The translations under genes were made by a program, and so were the position numbers. Below are positions 1-9,302 of a DNA stretch of 37,478 bases, one piece after another. The DNA is from a virus. The first letter of the stretch is position 1. Every line of letters starts with the position of its first letter. The DNA lies in IMG/VR virus record IMGVR_UViG_3300031160_000004; one strand, given 5' to 3'. The notes beneath the pieces were generated by a model. It searched no databases. It was not told the origin of the DNA and saw only the letters and a program-made list of their open reading frames with translations.

Positions 1-127
1 CTTAATGGTCCGCATCGGCGCGGACTTTAGTGATTTGCGTAAAGGCATGGACGGCGCGACAAGTAGGCTCAATCAATTTGCGCGAGATACGCGCCGAGCA
101 ACAAACGAGATCCGCGGCCGCAAGGGT
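1..127. repeat. Terminal overlap copy 1, identical to 37352-37478
   Basis: Base-by-base reading: cttaatggtccgcatcggcg...ccgcggccgcaagggt occurs at both window ends. It lies inside one continuous ORF (tape measure). Confidence 0.9.
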
Positions 128-2644
128 ATCGGGGGTATCAACACTGAACTCAAAAATCTCGGGCGTACCGTCACTGACTCGCTCAGCCAAGTAAGCGGTG
201 CAAAAGGCTTGGGTGGTATCACTAGAGCGCTTGGCGGTCTCAAACCCGCGCTTGGTGCCGCGACCACCGGGTTGCGTGGACTTGGCGGCGCGGCAGGCGG
301 CGCAAGCCTGGCCATCGGCGGACTGGTTGCGGTGCTGGCCGTCTTGACGGCGGGGATTTATGCCGCATCTCAACGAGCCGTCAAATTTGAGGCTGATCTC
401 GGCCGTCTTAATATGCAGCTTAAGGGCGGCGCTCGTGATTTTATGGATTGGGCGCAGAGCTTGGGGTTTGCACGTGAGACGGCGGCGTCGATGGGTGCGA
501 CTTACGCTACACTGCTCTCATCCTTTATCGAGGGGCAAGAGGATCTTAATAACGCTACCAAGCTGCTTGTGCAAACGACGCGCGTCGTGGCGTCGGCAAC
601 AGGACGATCTATCGAGGACGTCATGGAGCGGATGCGCTCCGGTCTGCTTGGTAACACCGAGGCTATTGAAGACCTGGGAATTTTTGTCAATGTCTCCATG
701 ATCGAGTCGACCAAGGCTTTCCGGCGTTTTGCTGGCGATAAGTCTTGGGAGCAACTCGATTTTCAGATGCAACAGCAGATCAGGCTTGCCGCGATCCTGG
801 AGCAAGCCTATGACCGCTACGGCGACCAACTGCAAGACAATGTCATGACCAAGCAAGAGTTGCTGATGGAGCAACTCAAGGACATCAAGCTCAATCTGTC
901 TCAGGCGTTTTTACCGATCTGGGACGCCGTGCTACCAGCGCTAACAGAGCTTGCAAGCTCACTGGCCTATGTCACGGAGCAGATCGCACGCTTTACGTAC
1001 TGGCTGCGCGGGTGGGATTATGACGAGCGCACAAGGGGCTTGGATCAGTATGGGGATGTCATCAAGGATACAGGTGATAACTTTGATGATATGGCCGACA
1101 GCGCGGCAAAGGCGCGCTCCGAGCTTGCCGCTTTTGACCGTCTCAACCTCTTGGGCTTTGGCAAAGTAGGTGACGGCGTCTCCGGTGGCGGAAGTGGGCA
1201 GTTTGAGCCGCCCGAGTACGGCAATCTGCTGCCGGGAGAGCGGGACGTGCGCAACTGGTCCGATCTGTTTTATTTATGGGTCGCCAAACAGTTGAGACGG
1301 ATTAAGGACTTGCGGCCGCGCATCAAGTTTGATCCGCCTGATCCGCCGGATGCTGGCGTGGGCGGCGTTGCGACTAATGTTGTCGCGACTGTCAATCGAT
1401 TGTCGGCTCAGCTCAAGGCGCGTTACGCCAACACGTGGGCCGATCTGGATGCGCAGACGCAAGTCGGTTTGACGGGACAGCTCTCTCAGTTTGCCGGATT
1501 TGCGTCTATATTGGCGCCCCAGTGGTCTGAGCTATGGGCGCAATTACGATCCATCGCGCAAGTTGAGTCAGGCACGATTCGCACGACTTGGCAGACGATG
1601 CTTGACAGCATGCTGGCTAAACTGCGGAGCACGGTGCCACCGGTGCAGACCGACTGGCAAACGATCAACGCATCTGTACGGAGTACGCAGCCGGCGCTGA
1701 GCGAGACAAAGTTGACTTGGGATGTCACGCTGCGCGATATGCTGGCGAGATTGACTGCGCACGTCCCGCAGTTTGAGGTCGGATGGTGGCGTATCGGAGA
1801 CGCAATCCGGTCTATCCTTAGCCCGTTAAGCGAAGTGCGGCTGTCATGGTCTGAAGCATTGGGTGACATGTACGCGACGATCCAGCAGCGCGTATCCGGC
1901 ATCGTCAACCAAGTCCAGCAGGCGATCACAGCGCTGCGCAACTTGCAGCAGGCTAGCGGACAAACGCCGAGCACATCGCCAGCCCCGGCACCGGCGGCCG
2001 CACCTGCCCCGGCCAATACCAGCAAAGCGCCTGCAACATCGCCTACGACCGCGCCTGGTGCCAGCATTTTTGATGACTTGATCTGGACTCAGCGAGCCGT
2101 CAGCACAATCGGTCAGGCGCAGCCGCAGCAGTCCTCGCAAAAATCCTTTGACCTTACGACGTGGCAGGGTTGGGTGGAGGGCTGGACGTACGGCTTGCGG
2201 CCGGAGACGATGCAGCGCGCCGGAGAGTGGCTCGAAGAGGAGATGTCCAAGCCGCAAAACGAGATACCGTTGACGCTTTTGGAGCGCCTCGGGCTGGGCG
2301 GCGCATTGAAAGCTGTCGGCAAAGGCGCCCAATGGCTGCAAAAGACACTTAAAAAGGCCGTCCCTGCCTTTGCGAGCGGAGGCGTTGTAAGCGGCCCTAC
2401 GCTGGGTTGGGTCGGGGAGTATGTCGGCGCGGTTAACAACCCCGAGGTGATTGCACCGCTCTCTGATTTAGAGAGTATGATCGACAACCAAGAGCAAATT
2501 GATATTTTGCGGCGGATATTGGCGGCGATCGAGCGCGGACAGGTCGTGACAGTGACAATCAGTGAAGACGAGATCGCGCAGGCAGCTGTACGCGGACATA
2601 ACAAGATTGCACGGCGCACCGGACGGTCGCCGTTTATCATTTAA
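2..2644 (+). CDS. Tail tape measure protein; 5' end is cut by the linearisation point, and the true start is probably TTG at 37335
   Basis: An 879+ aa ORF directly downstream of the G/GT chaperones. It has coiled/alpha-rich repeats, a Pro/Ala/Ser/Thr linker (about 1966-2070) and a TMP-like C-terminus (GGVVSGPTLGWVGEYVG..NPEVIAPL). The frame stays open upstream across the junction to TTG 37335, which has a GGAGGG RBS 6 nt before it. The ATG at 5 has no RBS. Confidence 0.85.
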   Translation, partial: LMVRIGADFSDLRKGMDGATSRLNQFARDTRRATNEIRGRKGIGGINTELKNLGRTVTDSLSQVSGAKGLGGITRALGGLKPALGAATTGLRGLGGAAGGASLAIGGLVAVLAVLTAGIYAASQRAVKFEADLGRLNMQLKGGARDFMDWAQSLGFARETAASMGATYATLLSSFIEGQEDLNNATKLLVQTTRVVASATGRSIEDVMERMRSGLLGNTEAIEDLGIFVNVSMIESTKAFRRFAGDKSWEQLDFQMQQQIRLAAILEQAYDRYGDQLQDNVMTKQELLMEQLKDIKLNLSQAFLPIWDAVLPALTELASSLAYVTEQIARFTYWLRGWDYDERTRGLDQYGDVIKDTGDNFDDMADSAAKARSELAAFDRLNLLGFGKVGDGVSGGGSGQFEPPEYGNLLPGERDVRNWSDLFYLWVAKQLRRIKDLRPRIKFDPPDPPDAGVGGVATNVVATVNRLSAQLKARYANTWADLDAQTQVGLTGQLSQFAGFASILAPQWSELWAQLRSIAQVESGTIRTTWQTMLDSMLAKLRSTVPPVQTDWQTINASVRSTQPALSETKLTWDVTLRDMLARLTAHVPQFEVGWWRIGDAIRSILSPLSEVRLSWSEALGDMYATIQQRVSGIVNQVQQAITALRNLQQASGQTPSTSPAPAPAAAPAPANTSKAPATSPTTAPGASIFDDLIWTQRAVSTIGQAQPQQSSQKSFDLTTWQGWVEGWTYGLRPETMQRAGEWLEEEMSKPQNEIPLTLLERLGLGGALKAVGKGAQWLQKTLKKAVPAFASGGVVSGPTLGWVGEYVGAVNNPEVIAPLSDLESMIDNQEQIDILRRILAAIERGQVVTVTISEDEIAQAAVRGHNKIARRTGRSPFII

Positions 2645-2659
2645 CGGAGGTGGTCTCAG

Positions 2660-3019
2660 TTGTATATCGCCATCAACGGTGTCGAGTTGCCCAAGTATCC
2701 TAACAAATTTACTGTCAAAGTGATGGACCTTGACAACGGTGAGACCACTACCCGCACCGCCGACGGCACGCTGCACCGCGATCGGATCGCGGTAAAGCGG
2801 CAGTTAGAAATGGCTTGGCCACCGCTTAAATGGGAGGACCTGTCCGCCATTTTGCAGCTGATGCAAGCTGTCTTTTTTGATGTCACCTACCCTGATCCAC
2901 AGACAGGCAAGCAGGAGACGCGGAGATTTTACACGGGAGACCGCACCGCACCGATCGCGTTTGAGCGCGGCGGTGTGATGTGGTGGCATGGTCTTGAGGT
3001 CACGTTGACGGAGGAGTGA
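2660..3019 (+). CDS. Small tail-tip protein, Dit-like or lambda gpM-like by position
   Basis: A 119-aa ORF with a TTG start and GGAGGTGG RBS, immediately after the TMP. Function is assigned by synteny only. Confidence 0.6.
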   Translation: MYIAINGVELPKYPNKFTVKVMDLDNGETTTRTADGTLHRDRIAVKRQLEMAWPPLKWEDLSAILQLMQAVFFDVTYPDPQTGKQETRRFYTGDRTAPIAFERGGVMWWHGLEVTLTEE

Positions 3020-3024
3020 TGTGA

Positions 3025-3771
3025 ATGATAACGAACCAAGAACTCCGCGACTACTGGAAAAAGGTCGCGGATGCGGTTAGTGATAACAAGATGCAAACGA
3101 ACCTGCCGCCAGATGCAGCGAGAGCGACTAAGCAAGATACGATGATCGCATCTCTAGGTAACCCGACCGATGCAGAAGCTACGGGCGCTGGCTCTATCAT
3201 CGGTGTGCTTAAGAGACTGCGGACGTTGATAGGCGATACGATCGTCACGATTGGATCCGCGATCGGCAACAAGGCGCAGCTAATCGCGGGGAGTGACGGA
3301 ACAAACGCGCGGGCGATTAAGACGGCATCGGACGGCACGCTCCTTACTCAGCTAACGGGGAGTATACCGCGAAAAGTCACGATCGAAACGTTGGCAAGTG
3401 CACAGAGCGTTGCTGCGAGTGGAAACTTGGACTTGCCATACACGACACAAGGTGAAAGCGAAGTGTGGGTGCTTGTTAATATCGATAAGCAACCGTGGTC
3501 GCTACGTAGTCGCCTGTTGTGGGCTAGCACTTACGGAGTAAACAACTTTTACCCTCCGAGGAATAATGTAAGCACCGCTTATAATACGGTCTCATCCCCT
3601 GCAGGATCATTGCTACTTGCGACGCGAGCGCTTGGTGGAGGGCTGCCAGAGATCACGACGATGGAGGATGCGAAGCAGTACGCAGGAGCATACAGCACTA
3701 CATTCAGGATCGAGAATGGTTCGGCGGAGACGGCTACTGTCACGCTGAAAGTAATCAGAATCTGGAGGTAA
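3025..3771 (+). CDS. Hypothetical tail-tip/baseplate protein
   Basis: A 248-aa ORF with a GGAGGAG RBS, lying between the Dit-like and hub genes. I recognise no motif. Confidence 0.6.
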   Translation: MITNQELRDYWKKVADAVSDNKMQTNLPPDAARATKQDTMIASLGNPTDAEATGAGSIIGVLKRLRTLIGDTIVTIGSAIGNKAQLIAGSDGTNARAIKTASDGTLLTQLTGSIPRKVTIETLASAQSVAASGNLDLPYTTQGESEVWVLVNIDKQPWSLRSRLLWASTYGVNNFYPPRNNVSTAYNTVSSPAGSLLLATRALGGGLPEITTMEDAKQYAGAYSTTFRIENGSAETATVTLKVIRIWR

Positions 3772-3777
3772 TGACCT

Positions 3778-3978
3778 ATGAGCGAAGAACGTAAGCAGCA
3801 GATAATTTCGGCACTGCAGGCGATATATGAGGGGTTTTCACCGACCGAAGATGAGCCGGAGTTGACCATGTTCGGTCTTATCTCTCGGTACAATGCAACA
3901 GGTCAGAATGCCGAATTGATCGGCGGCGATTGGGTGGTTGAAAATTGCCCAGAGCCGCTTAGAAGTCTTCCGGATTGA
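3778..3978 (+). CDS. Hypothetical small protein in the tail module
   Basis: A 66-aa ORF with a GGAGGT RBS 9 nt upstream of the ATG. Confidence 0.5.
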   Translation: MSEERKQQIISALQAIYEGFSPTEDEPELTMFGLISRYNATGQNAELIGGDWVVENCPEPLRSLPD

Positions 3979-4031
3979 TGGTTCTCTTATTCAACTAACG
4001 AAGTTCGTTTGCTTAACAAGGAGGTGACACC

Positions 4032-6011
4032 TTGGCGCAGATACCATACTGGCTTAACTCGTTTGGCCGTCCCGAGGATTATACTTTTGACCCGTCCAAG
4101 CCATATGATCCCAACGGCGACGCCACGACGGGTATTCTCACAGAGTTGCTTGGCCAGCCAGCCGGATATATCGACAAGCTCTGGCTGGATATGCTTAGCA
4201 GGCGATCGTATGACTGGTTGGTCAAAGTGGACATTAATGGCGTTGAGTACGGAGCCAGCAAGATCGTCGAGTTTTCCATTGATCACGAGGTTGGAGATCA
4301 GACCGACGGTTTTACGATCGGCAGTGCCGTGATCTCGTCTTGCACGTTACGCCTGCGCACAACGGACGAGATACCGCCAAACGCCAAGGTTGTCCCATAC
4401 GTGGCACTGTCCCTTGAGTCTCTCTCGTGGGATGAGGCGGACGACGCGTGGCTCGATGCGGATTATCCATGGGATGGGTCTGGACATACTGGGTGGATGC
4501 CGCTCGGTACGTTTTACGTAGACAACCGCAAGCGCATCGATGACATCTTGGTGCTGACCTGTTTGGACGGCTTGGTCTATGCCGACATCGCCTACGTATC
4601 GCAGCTTGATTATCCGGCTACCATGCAGGACGTTTGGGCAGAGGTATGTGATCAAGCGGGCCTCGACTATGACGCATCCGTCCAGATCAACCCGTCGTAT
4701 ATCCTCAACGCCGCTCCAACCAATTACAGCTGCCGACAAGTGATGCAGTACATCGCCGGAGCACATGGCGCTTGCGTGCGCATGAGCCGTACAGGCGAGG
4801 TTGGCTGGCGCGTGTATCGTGCGGATGACCAACCTGCATATGAGCTGACCGAGTCCGACTATGTCCGCGTCTCGCAAACCAACCCGCTCAAGACGTACAA
4901 ACGCCTTGTTGTGGTCTATGACGAGGATGAGCAGTTGGCGTATGAAGCGGGTGAGGGGACAGAAAACGAAACGCTGTATATGACCAATCCGCTGATGTCG
5001 CAGGCTATGGTCGACGCCTTGCATGCGCAGATCGACGGTCTGTCATATATGCCGATTGAGATGGATGTGCGCGGATACCCGCACATGCTCGTTGGTGAGC
5101 GGATTTTTTACGTGCGCAGAGGCGAGGTATATCAGTCTTTGATCTTGCGACAGACGTACAGTTTTAAGGGCGGCTTGTTTATGACGCTTGACGCCCCGAG
5201 CGTATCGGAGCAAGAAAGCGAGTTTGGAATTGATGGCTCGCTCACGGCGGCAGTCAAGCGGCTCAATCAAAATGCTGTCAAGTTTGGTAAGCCGTATTAC
5301 GGCGTCACTCACAGCCGGACAGAGGGCATCGTCGTACAGCGCGAGGACGGGGCGGCCAAGGCGGTCTTTAACGCGGATGAACTGAGCTTTTATCGGGGCA
5401 GCCAGCGCGTGCTGTATTTTGACGCGGCAAATAACCGGTATGTATTTGGTGGACACCTACAAGCCGCGTCTGGTACTTTTACGGGTGAGCTGCAGGGCGG
5501 CAGTATCACGATCGGCTCAGGTAATAACGTCTTTCGAGCTGATACGCAGGGTATATGGGCGGGTAACAGCAGTTTTAACAATGCGCCGTTTAGGGTCAAT
5601 ATGCAAGGACAACTGACGGCTACGAATGTAGAAATCAGCGGGACGATTACGGGATCGACGTTTATTGGCGGATACATTAATGGATCGTTTGTTACAGGTG
5701 GGATTATCGTCGGCGGATCGATCAACATAGGTAGTGGACAATTCAGTGTGGATTCGTCAGGGTTTATGACTGCTACTGGTGCGAACTTGCTGAATGGAAG
5801 TATCACGGGCACGACAAATATTAATGTGTCCAACAATGTTAGAATTGGAAGAAGACTAATATTACCTGATGATGATATTCTGAATGGAATTTATTGGGGA
5901 ATTGGTTCAAGTTTTGATAATTTTCAAATTTATATCGACCCATTAACAGGAGCATTGCATTTGATCGCGCCAAACGGAATCTATGCAAATGGAGTAAGAA
6001 TTGATGTATAA
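4032..6011 (+). CDS. Tail hub / tail-associated protein (Tal-like) with a Gly-rich beta-helix-like C-terminal repeat region
   Basis: A 659-aa ORF with a TTG start and AAGGAGGTGA RBS. The C-terminal third has repeated G-x-I-x-G / GSITGT motifs typical of tail tip or spike proteins. The last 300 nt or so are visibly AT-rich. Confidence 0.7.
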   Translation: MAQIPYWLNSFGRPEDYTFDPSKPYDPNGDATTGILTELLGQPAGYIDKLWLDMLSRRSYDWLVKVDINGVEYGASKIVEFSIDHEVGDQTDGFTIGSAVISSCTLRLRTTDEIPPNAKVVPYVALSLESLSWDEADDAWLDADYPWDGSGHTGWMPLGTFYVDNRKRIDDILVLTCLDGLVYADIAYVSQLDYPATMQDVWAEVCDQAGLDYDASVQINPSYILNAAPTNYSCRQVMQYIAGAHGACVRMSRTGEVGWRVYRADDQPAYELTESDYVRVSQTNPLKTYKRLVVVYDEDEQLAYEAGEGTENETLYMTNPLMSQAMVDALHAQIDGLSYMPIEMDVRGYPHMLVGERIFYVRRGEVYQSLILRQTYSFKGGLFMTLDAPSVSEQESEFGIDGSLTAAVKRLNQNAVKFGKPYYGVTHSRTEGIVVQREDGAAKAVFNADELSFYRGSQRVLYFDAANNRYVFGGHLQAASGTFTGELQGGSITIGSGNNVFRADTQGIWAGNSSFNNAPFRVNMQGQLTATNVEISGTITGSTFIGGYINGSFVTGGIIVGGSINIGSGQFSVDSSGFMTATGANLLNGSITGTTNINVSNNVRIGRRLILPDDDILNGIYWGIGSSFDNFQIYIDPLTGALHLIAPNGIYANGVRIDV

Positions 6012-6039
6012 TAGTAGAAAATGTCGAAGGAGTGATTAC

Positions 6040-6609
6040 ATGAGGAAATATGTAATTGGTTTTATTATCGGCGTTTTTCTAACATTGCCTACAGCAATAT
6101 TCGCAGATGAAGTATCTAACGTTGGAAAACGTATTGCCGCGGAAGTTCCCGTTATCTTGAATGGCAAAGAGCTCCCGGTCAAAGCAGTCGCTTTCGACGG
6201 GACTAGCTACGCTCCGGTCCGGGTGATTGCCGAAGCACTGGGGCTCGAAGTTGACTTCCAAGACAGAAAGGTGATTTTGACATCACGAATCAAAAGGGAC
6301 GGTGAAATAGATGAAATGGTTGAAACAACATACAAAGGATTAAAAGCGGTTAATATTGACGGAAAAACTTTTTTCAGTTTAAAAGATTATGTCGGAAAAT
6401 TTAGCCCATTTGGATGGCGATATGACAAAACCACCAATAATGTATATTTAGTTGAATACGAAAGCGAGTCGTCATCTGATGTAAAAAGGGTGCTTTTAGA
6501 GGTTGATCTAAATGTTCCCGATACCTATGTTGATTATAAAGGACAGACGTATGTAAGCATTGAATACTACAGAGAGCCATCAGAATTTGATCTCCAGCAA
6601 GATGAATAA
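6040..6609 (+). CDS. Secreted protein with a copper-amine-oxidase-N-like 'stalk' domain (moron inside the tail module)
   Basis: ATG at 6040 with a GAAGGAG RBS 7 nt upstream. Signal peptide MRKYVIGFIIGVFLTLPTAIFA/DE. Motif LNGKELPVKAVAFDGTSYAPVRVIAEALGLEV. AT-rich relative to the genome and followed by its own terminator. Confidence 0.7.
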   Translation: MRKYVIGFIIGVFLTLPTAIFADEVSNVGKRIAAEVPVILNGKELPVKAVAFDGTSYAPVRVIAEALGLEVDFQDRKVILTSRIKRDGEIDEMVETTYKGLKAVNIDGKTFFSLKDYVGKFSPFGWRYDKTTNNVYLVEYESESSSDVKRVLLEVDLNVPDTYVDYKGQTYVSIEYYREPSEFDLQQDE

Positions 6610-6623
6610 CTGCCATACACAAC

Positions 6624-6650
6624 GACGCTCCACACGGGGCGTCTTTTATT
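6624..6650 (+). terminator. Rho-independent terminator after the moron
   Basis: gacgctcc-acac-ggggcgtc (8-bp stem with one G.U pair) followed by ttttatttgtgttt. Confidence 0.65.
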
Positions 6651-6672
6651 TGTGTTTGAAAGGACTGATCGC

Positions 6673-6876
6673 ATGGCAAAAATCACTCACCACCTCCACG
6701 CCGAAATTGATCTGTCCCAGCCCGTGCCCGAGCTGTGCGCTGTGATCGCGGCGGTGCTGCAAGCGTGGACAGACAAAGAGCGGGAGGTCTTGACCAAGCT
6801 GCAAGAGGCGATCGAAGAGCACCTCAAAGTGATCGACAAGGAGGAGGCTGATAAGCGTGGTAAATCGTTACGCTAA
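6673..6876 (+). CDS. Hypothetical protein
   Basis: A 67-aa ORF from the ATG at 6673 (AAAGGA RBS). It overlaps the fibre gene start by 20 nt. Confidence 0.45.
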   Translation: MAKITHHLHAEIDLSQPVPELCAVIAAVLQAWTDKEREVLTKLQEAIEEHLKVIDKEEADKRGKSLR

Positions 6877-7864
6877 CCTTGTAGGCAGCAACAAGATCAA
6901 AGACGAGTGGCAAAAGATCAATGACGGCTTTGACAAGGTACAGCAGGACGTTGATCAATTGCAAGCCGATTTAGCGCAAGAGATCGCAGATCGCGAGGCA
7001 GCAGTTGAGTATGTTGATCAACGTGTTGATAATATCATCGTTGGTGGCGGACCGGATAAAGACCCGGAGTTGGTCGATATCCGGACTCCTGACCCATCGT
7101 ATACACCGCTGGAGCCGATCAGTACAGCCGGCGGGATGACAAGGGATATGCAAGAGCAAATGGCAAAAGGTATAGGCGTATTTTCTAAATATATTTACGG
7201 AACAAATGCTCGTGGTGTAACAGCATGGACGTCCGGGGTGGACAATATCGAAAAGGCTGGTTTTTACCATATTACAGGAAATCGATCAGGGCTCCCCGTT
7301 GATGAAGATGGATATGTGATCCACCATATGGGTTCAAATCCAACATCTATTACATCAGGACTGCAGTTGTATGTCCCTTATACGCAAAATAGAATCTTTT
7401 TTCGTAGGCATAATCCTACACAATGGCTGAGTTGGATTGAATTGCAAAACAACCTTTCATATGAGACGGGAGTTTGGACGCCAGAATTACGGTTTGGCGG
7501 GATGACCACAGGTATCACTTACGCTCAACGCTCTGGTAGATATACACGTATCGGCAACCTCGTACGTTATCAAATTCGTATAAGTTTATCCAGCAAAGGT
7601 ACTGCTACGGGAGCTGCAACCATAGCTGGGCTGCCTTTTGTGCATTTGGGGTCTGAGCCTCTCGCGTCAGATGCGGTTGGCGCTTTTTATTATCTCAATT
7701 TACCTGCAGGGACGACGTATGTGCATACGATGGCTGTTGCTAATCAAGCGGTGATACAGTTACGTGCGGGTGGCAATAATCTCGCTCCAAATACACTCGA
7801 TAACACTAACTTTACGGACAATACAATTATCATTATGCAAGGTTCCTACATGATAGGAGGATGA
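6857..7864 (+). CDS. Tail fibre / receptor-binding protein
   Basis: GTG start with a GGAGGAGG RBS 8 nt upstream. The N-terminal coiled-coil (NRYANLVGSNKIKDEWQKINDGFDKVQQDVDQLQADL) is typical of Bacillota prophage fibre proteins. The C-terminal two-thirds (about 7150-7860) are AT-rich. Confidence 0.7.
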   Translation: MVNRYANLVGSNKIKDEWQKINDGFDKVQQDVDQLQADLAQEIADREAAVEYVDQRVDNIIVGGGPDKDPELVDIRTPDPSYTPLEPISTAGGMTRDMQEQMAKGIGVFSKYIYGTNARGVTAWTSGVDNIEKAGFYHITGNRSGLPVDEDGYVIHHMGSNPTSITSGLQLYVPYTQNRIFFRRHNPTQWLSWIELQNNLSYETGVWTPELRFGGMTTGITYAQRSGRYTRIGNLVRYQIRISLSSKGTATGAATIAGLPFVHLGSEPLASDAVGAFYYLNLPAGTTYVHTMAVANQAVIQLRAGGNNLAPNTLDNTNFTDNTIIIMQGSYMIGG

Positions 7865-7868
7865 TGAC

Positions 7869-8102
7869 ATGCTCGAAAAAATCACTTTAGATATGTTGAC
7901 ACGAGACAGCGTCAGCGTTAAAACAGAAAAATTCATTGAGATTGACGGTGTCGAATACCAAGTCGGCGAACCGCATCGCAAAGCATACGTGAACAGTCTT
8001 TCCGGTCGTGCTGCGGTGGTGGCTGAATTGCCAGAAGCCCAAGCGAATGCCATCATGGCGGTGTGGGGCGACACAGCAACGATCAATGAGGGGGCCGAAT
8101 GA
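7869..8102 (+). CDS. Hypothetical protein between the fibre and holin genes
   Basis: A 77-aa ORF, tightly packed. Confidence 0.5.
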   Translation: MLEKITLDMLTRDSVSVKTEKFIEIDGVEYQVGEPHRKAYVNSLSGRAAVVAELPEAQANAIMAVWGDTATINEGAE

Positions 8103-8141
8103 TTGGCTCCCTTTTCATTTTTATATAGGAGAGTGATCAAA

Positions 8142-8552
8142 GTGGAAACCCAAATCAAGGCTGCTGCCGCTGTCGGTGGAGCCATCGTATCATTTTTATT
8201 TGGAGGGTGGTCAGCATTGCTGACAATACTATTAGCATTTGTTGTAATGGACTATATCAGCGGAGTGCTGGCCGCCGGAAAAGAAGGCAAGCTGAGCAGT
8301 GAGGTCGGGCTGTGGGGCATCGCCAAAAAGGTGATGATTTTCGGCATTGTCGCCGCCGCTCATTTGGTTGATCGTGCGCTAGGCGACGCGCACCTGTTCC
8401 GCGATGCGGCGATTTTCTTTTTCTTGGCTAACGAGCTTTTGAGCGTGATTGAAAATTCGGGCCGTCTCGGAGTGCCGATCCCTTCGATGTTGCGGAGGGC
8501 GGTGGAAGTGTTGCGAGGGAAGGGGGATGTCAGCGATGCGGATCGTCATTGA
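8142..8552 (+). CDS. Holin (phage_holin_4_1 / TcdE-like family)
   Basis: GTG at 8142 with an AGGAGAG RBS 8 nt upstream. Several TM segments (AAAAVGGAIVSFLFGGW.., IAKKVMIFGIVAAAHLV, AAIFFFLANELLSVIEN). It overlaps the endolysin start. Confidence 0.8.
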   Translation: METQIKAAAAVGGAIVSFLFGGWSALLTILLAFVVMDYISGVLAAGKEGKLSSEVGLWGIAKKVMIFGIVAAAHLVDRALGDAHLFRDAAIFFFLANELLSVIENSGRLGVPIPSMLRRAVEVLRGKGDVSDADRH

Positions 8553-9255
8553 CGCCGGCCACGGGCCGGAGACAGCCGGCAAGCGGTCCCCGGACGGATC
8601 GCTCCGGGAATATCAGTTCAACTCGGCGGTCGCCCGGTACGTCGCTGACACGCTCCTGCACGGGTATGAGGGCGTGGAAATCCTCATGACCCATGACGAC
8701 AGCCGGGACGTGCCGCTCAAGGAGCGCACGGACAAGGCGAATGCGTGGAAAGCTGATCTGTTCGTGAGCATCCACGCGAACGCCGCGGGGGAAGGCTGGA
8801 GCGCTGCGCAAGGCATCGAGACATATGTTTACACGTCCCGACCGCCTGATGCTGTCGCACTCGCCAACGCCGTACAGCGACATCTCATCCGCGCTACGGG
8901 TCGTCCGGATCGCGGGGTGAAAACTGCAAACTTTCATGTGCTGCGGGAGACGAAAATGACGGCCATCTTGGTGGAATGCGGATTCATGACGAACCGGCAG
9001 GAGTGCGAACTGCTCAAATCCGACGACTACCGCCGGAAATGCGCGGCGGCCATCGTCGCCGGGATCGTGGAGACGCACGGGCTGAAACCGAAACAGCCCG
9101 TGCGGGAGCCGGCGACCGATGAAGTGTCCGCATGGGCCCGCGAGGCCCGCGATTGGGCTGTAAGCCGCGGCATCACAGACGGCACGCGACCGAAGGACGC
9201 TGTAACCCGGGAAGAAGTGTGGACGATGCTGTACCGCATGAGTTTCTTTGTGTAA
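8536..9255 (+). CDS. N-acetylmuramoyl-L-alanine amidase endolysin (Amidase_3) with a C-terminal SLH-like motif
   Basis: MRIVIDAGHG..., LFVSIHANA and ILVECGFMTN motifs. The C-terminus AWAREARDWAVSRGITDGTRPKDAVTREEVWTMLYR resembles one SLH repeat. An alternative start is at 8527. Confidence 0.85.
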   Translation: MRIVIDAGHGPETAGKRSPDGSLREYQFNSAVARYVADTLLHGYEGVEILMTHDDSRDVPLKERTDKANAWKADLFVSIHANAAGEGWSAAQGIETYVYTSRPPDAVALANAVQRHLIRATGRPDRGVKTANFHVLRETKMTAILVECGFMTNRQECELLKSDDYRRKCAAAIVAGIVETHGLKPKQPVREPATDEVSAWAREARDWAVSRGITDGTRPKDAVTREEVWTMLYRMSFFV

Positions 9256-9265
9256 GCAAAACGAA

Positions 9266-9302
9266 CCCCCGCCCAGCCACACGGCCAGGCGGGGATTTTT
9301 TT
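9266..9302 (+). terminator. Rho-independent terminator ending the late operon
   Basis: ccccgcc ... ggcgggg stem (9267-9273 / 9288-9294) followed by atttttttc. Confidence 0.75.

Noticed and set aside
1-127. The terminal 127-bp direct repeat considered as a biological DTR, LTR or att duplication.
   Set aside because: It lies inside the tape-measure reading frame and is exact. The true att-related element (the tRNA fragment next to the integrase) and the packaging genes are elsewhere. An assembly overlap of a circular contig is the simpler explanation.
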